64,000 nucleotides of DNA, taken from positions 38,216 to 102,215 of the IMG/VR virus record IMGVR_UViG_3300037419_002082, one strand, 5' to 3'. The notes beneath the pieces were generated by a model. The model did no database searches, was not told where the DNA came from, and saw nothing but the letters and a program-made list of their open reading frames with translations. Below, piece by piece: positions 62,541 through 64,000 of this stretch (its first letter is position 1; the number at the start of each line of letters is the position of its first letter). The stretch is from a virus. The position numbers and the translations under genes are program-made.

Positions 62541-62898
62541 AATGATAATTCAAAGAGAATTTAGAAAACATAAAGATAATTGAGATTAATATGTTACATA
62601 TGTGGAATTATATGGATTTATCATGATATCTAGATATAAATGATTAAGATGAAAACAATAGTAACAAGAGTGTATACCCTAGAATCTCACTGAATTAGAG
62701 GAATCTAATTAATCAGGAGATATGCTTGGAGTGTTTTATGGGTAAAATATGAGACACTGACTCTACTCCAAAATCGAGAGGAATCATCAAACTGAATCCT
62801 TTCTGGAGAAGGCTTGTCTACCATTAAATGTTCAATGCAAATCAACTGCTTGTCCACATCAACACAAAAAAGGGCTCGTCCCCACCTACCGGACGAAC

Positions 62899-62976
62899 CT
62901 GCAAAACTGTCAACCTCACTGACCCAGCAGGTCGCGGGCCCGGGCAAAACTGTCGAGCTGACAAAGCTTCCGCGTT
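62899..62976 (+). repeat. GGGCAAAACTGTCGAG-N13-CGCGTT (62942) plus a partial copy (62899)
   Basis: Same motif and spacing as 52136/52191, within a GC-rich patch. Confidence 0.8.
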
Positions 62977-63023
62977 TACGTGTGTTACGAGCATTGTGAA
63001 CTATTTCACAAGCCCAACACTTT

Positions 63024-63260
63024 CTGAATATTATGAATATTCTGACTATTCAGAAAAGTTTGAATATTCTGACAATTCAGACTCGTTTGAATATTATGAA
63101 TATTCTAAAAATTTCAAATTATCAGACAATTCTGAATAATCAGACTTGTTTAAATCTTTTGAATTTTCTGACAATTACGATCATTTTCTGAATTTTCAGA
63201 ATATTCATAATTATTAGACAATTCATAATATTCATAATTATATTAAATTATCAGAATAAT
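63024..63260. repeat. 9-bp tandem array, consensus TGAATATTC, degenerating towards 64000
   Basis: TGAATATTA TGAATATTC TGACTATTC AGAAAAGTT TGAATATTC TGACAATTC... Confidence 0.85.
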
Positions 63261-64000
63261 TTTTCTTTTATGAAAATTTAAGATTTCTCTTGATTTTTTT
63301 ATTTTCTTCATTATGAGACCGAATCATGAATTTTTCAAGAAACTAAAATAATTCAGAATATTCAAACAATTTATGAATAATTATTCATGAAAATGAATAT
63401 TCATCAATCATGAATTTTTATTCATTTTATGAATAATTTTTGAATGAAAAATGATGAGAATTATTATCAATTAGAATTGATATATCTGAGGGGAACAGAA
63501 TGATATCTAGAATCAATTTTAAATCAATCATGATATTTTATATTAGAAATGATTTTATTCGATTTTAGATGATTCTAGAGAGATTATAGAAAGATGATTC
63601 AATGAAATATCAATGAATCTTGAATAAATAATGAATGATTCTTTTTTCTTCTATTATATAAGATCAATTATCATTATCAGATAATTCAGAATTATATGAA
63701 TAGATCGAATTATCAGAATATTTATAATATTTAGAATTGTCTGATAATTTATTCAATCAAGATCTGGATATTTTCTGAATTGTCAGAATATTCTGATTAT
63801 TATATCTGAATTTATGATCTTTCTTTTTTTTGAATTATTTCTCATTGATATCTGAATGAATCTGGATTAAAATCAAGAATGAAAAAAAAATCATTAAATT
63901 TGAATATTCTTCTTGAAATCTGAGAAAGATATCTCTATAATAAGAATTAAGATAATAATTAAAAATTAAATAATTAAATAATCATCATCAGAATATTTTC

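Noticed and set aside
62828-63139. 103-aa ORF with EYS/DNS repeats (and the overlapping 62705-62947 and 62814-62999 ORFs)
   Set aside because: The periodic peptide is simply the 9-bp DNA repeat translated; there is no convincing RBS and the ORFs overlap the GC-rich signal site.

Overview
This window is a 64 kb, AT-rich segment of a large tailed phage that infects a spore-forming Bacillota host (Bacillaceae or Paenibacillaceae-like). From left to right it contains: the end of a tail-fibre gene and a holin-amidase-holin lysis cassette (1-2.7 kb); a minus-strand block with class II RNR, a small RNA cluster (tRNA-Pro plus two anticodon-less tRNA-like elements), primase, helicase, helicase loader and a GIY-YIG protein (3-10.3 kb); a long plus-strand replication and nucleotide-metabolism region (DnaE, DnaQ, SSB, Sak4-like ATPase, ligase, RuvC, HU, Tmk, ThyA, DHFR, dUTPase, Fpg, C5 methylase); a set of sporulation-gene homologs (SigF/G-like sigma, YhbH, SASP, an unannotated CmpA-like peptide, a SpoIIIAC-like protein next to a coupling ATPase and relaxase); a Xer-like recombinase; and about 11 kb of small early-type genes bracketed by two matching GC-rich signal sites. 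The main candidate novel system is at 13.6-20.8 kb: a complete ADP-heptose pathway (GmhA, split HldE, GmhB), a GT-B glycosyltransferase, a dNMP kinase-dCMP deaminase fusion and a cytosine-type thymidylate-synthase homolog. Together these suggest heptosylation of a modified cytosine in phage DNA. Other notable signals are a promoter class GTGAAAC-N27/28-TATAAT (about 20 copies) and a probable ~10.7 kb terminal repeat. All protein calls come from motif recognition by eye; no database search was run.
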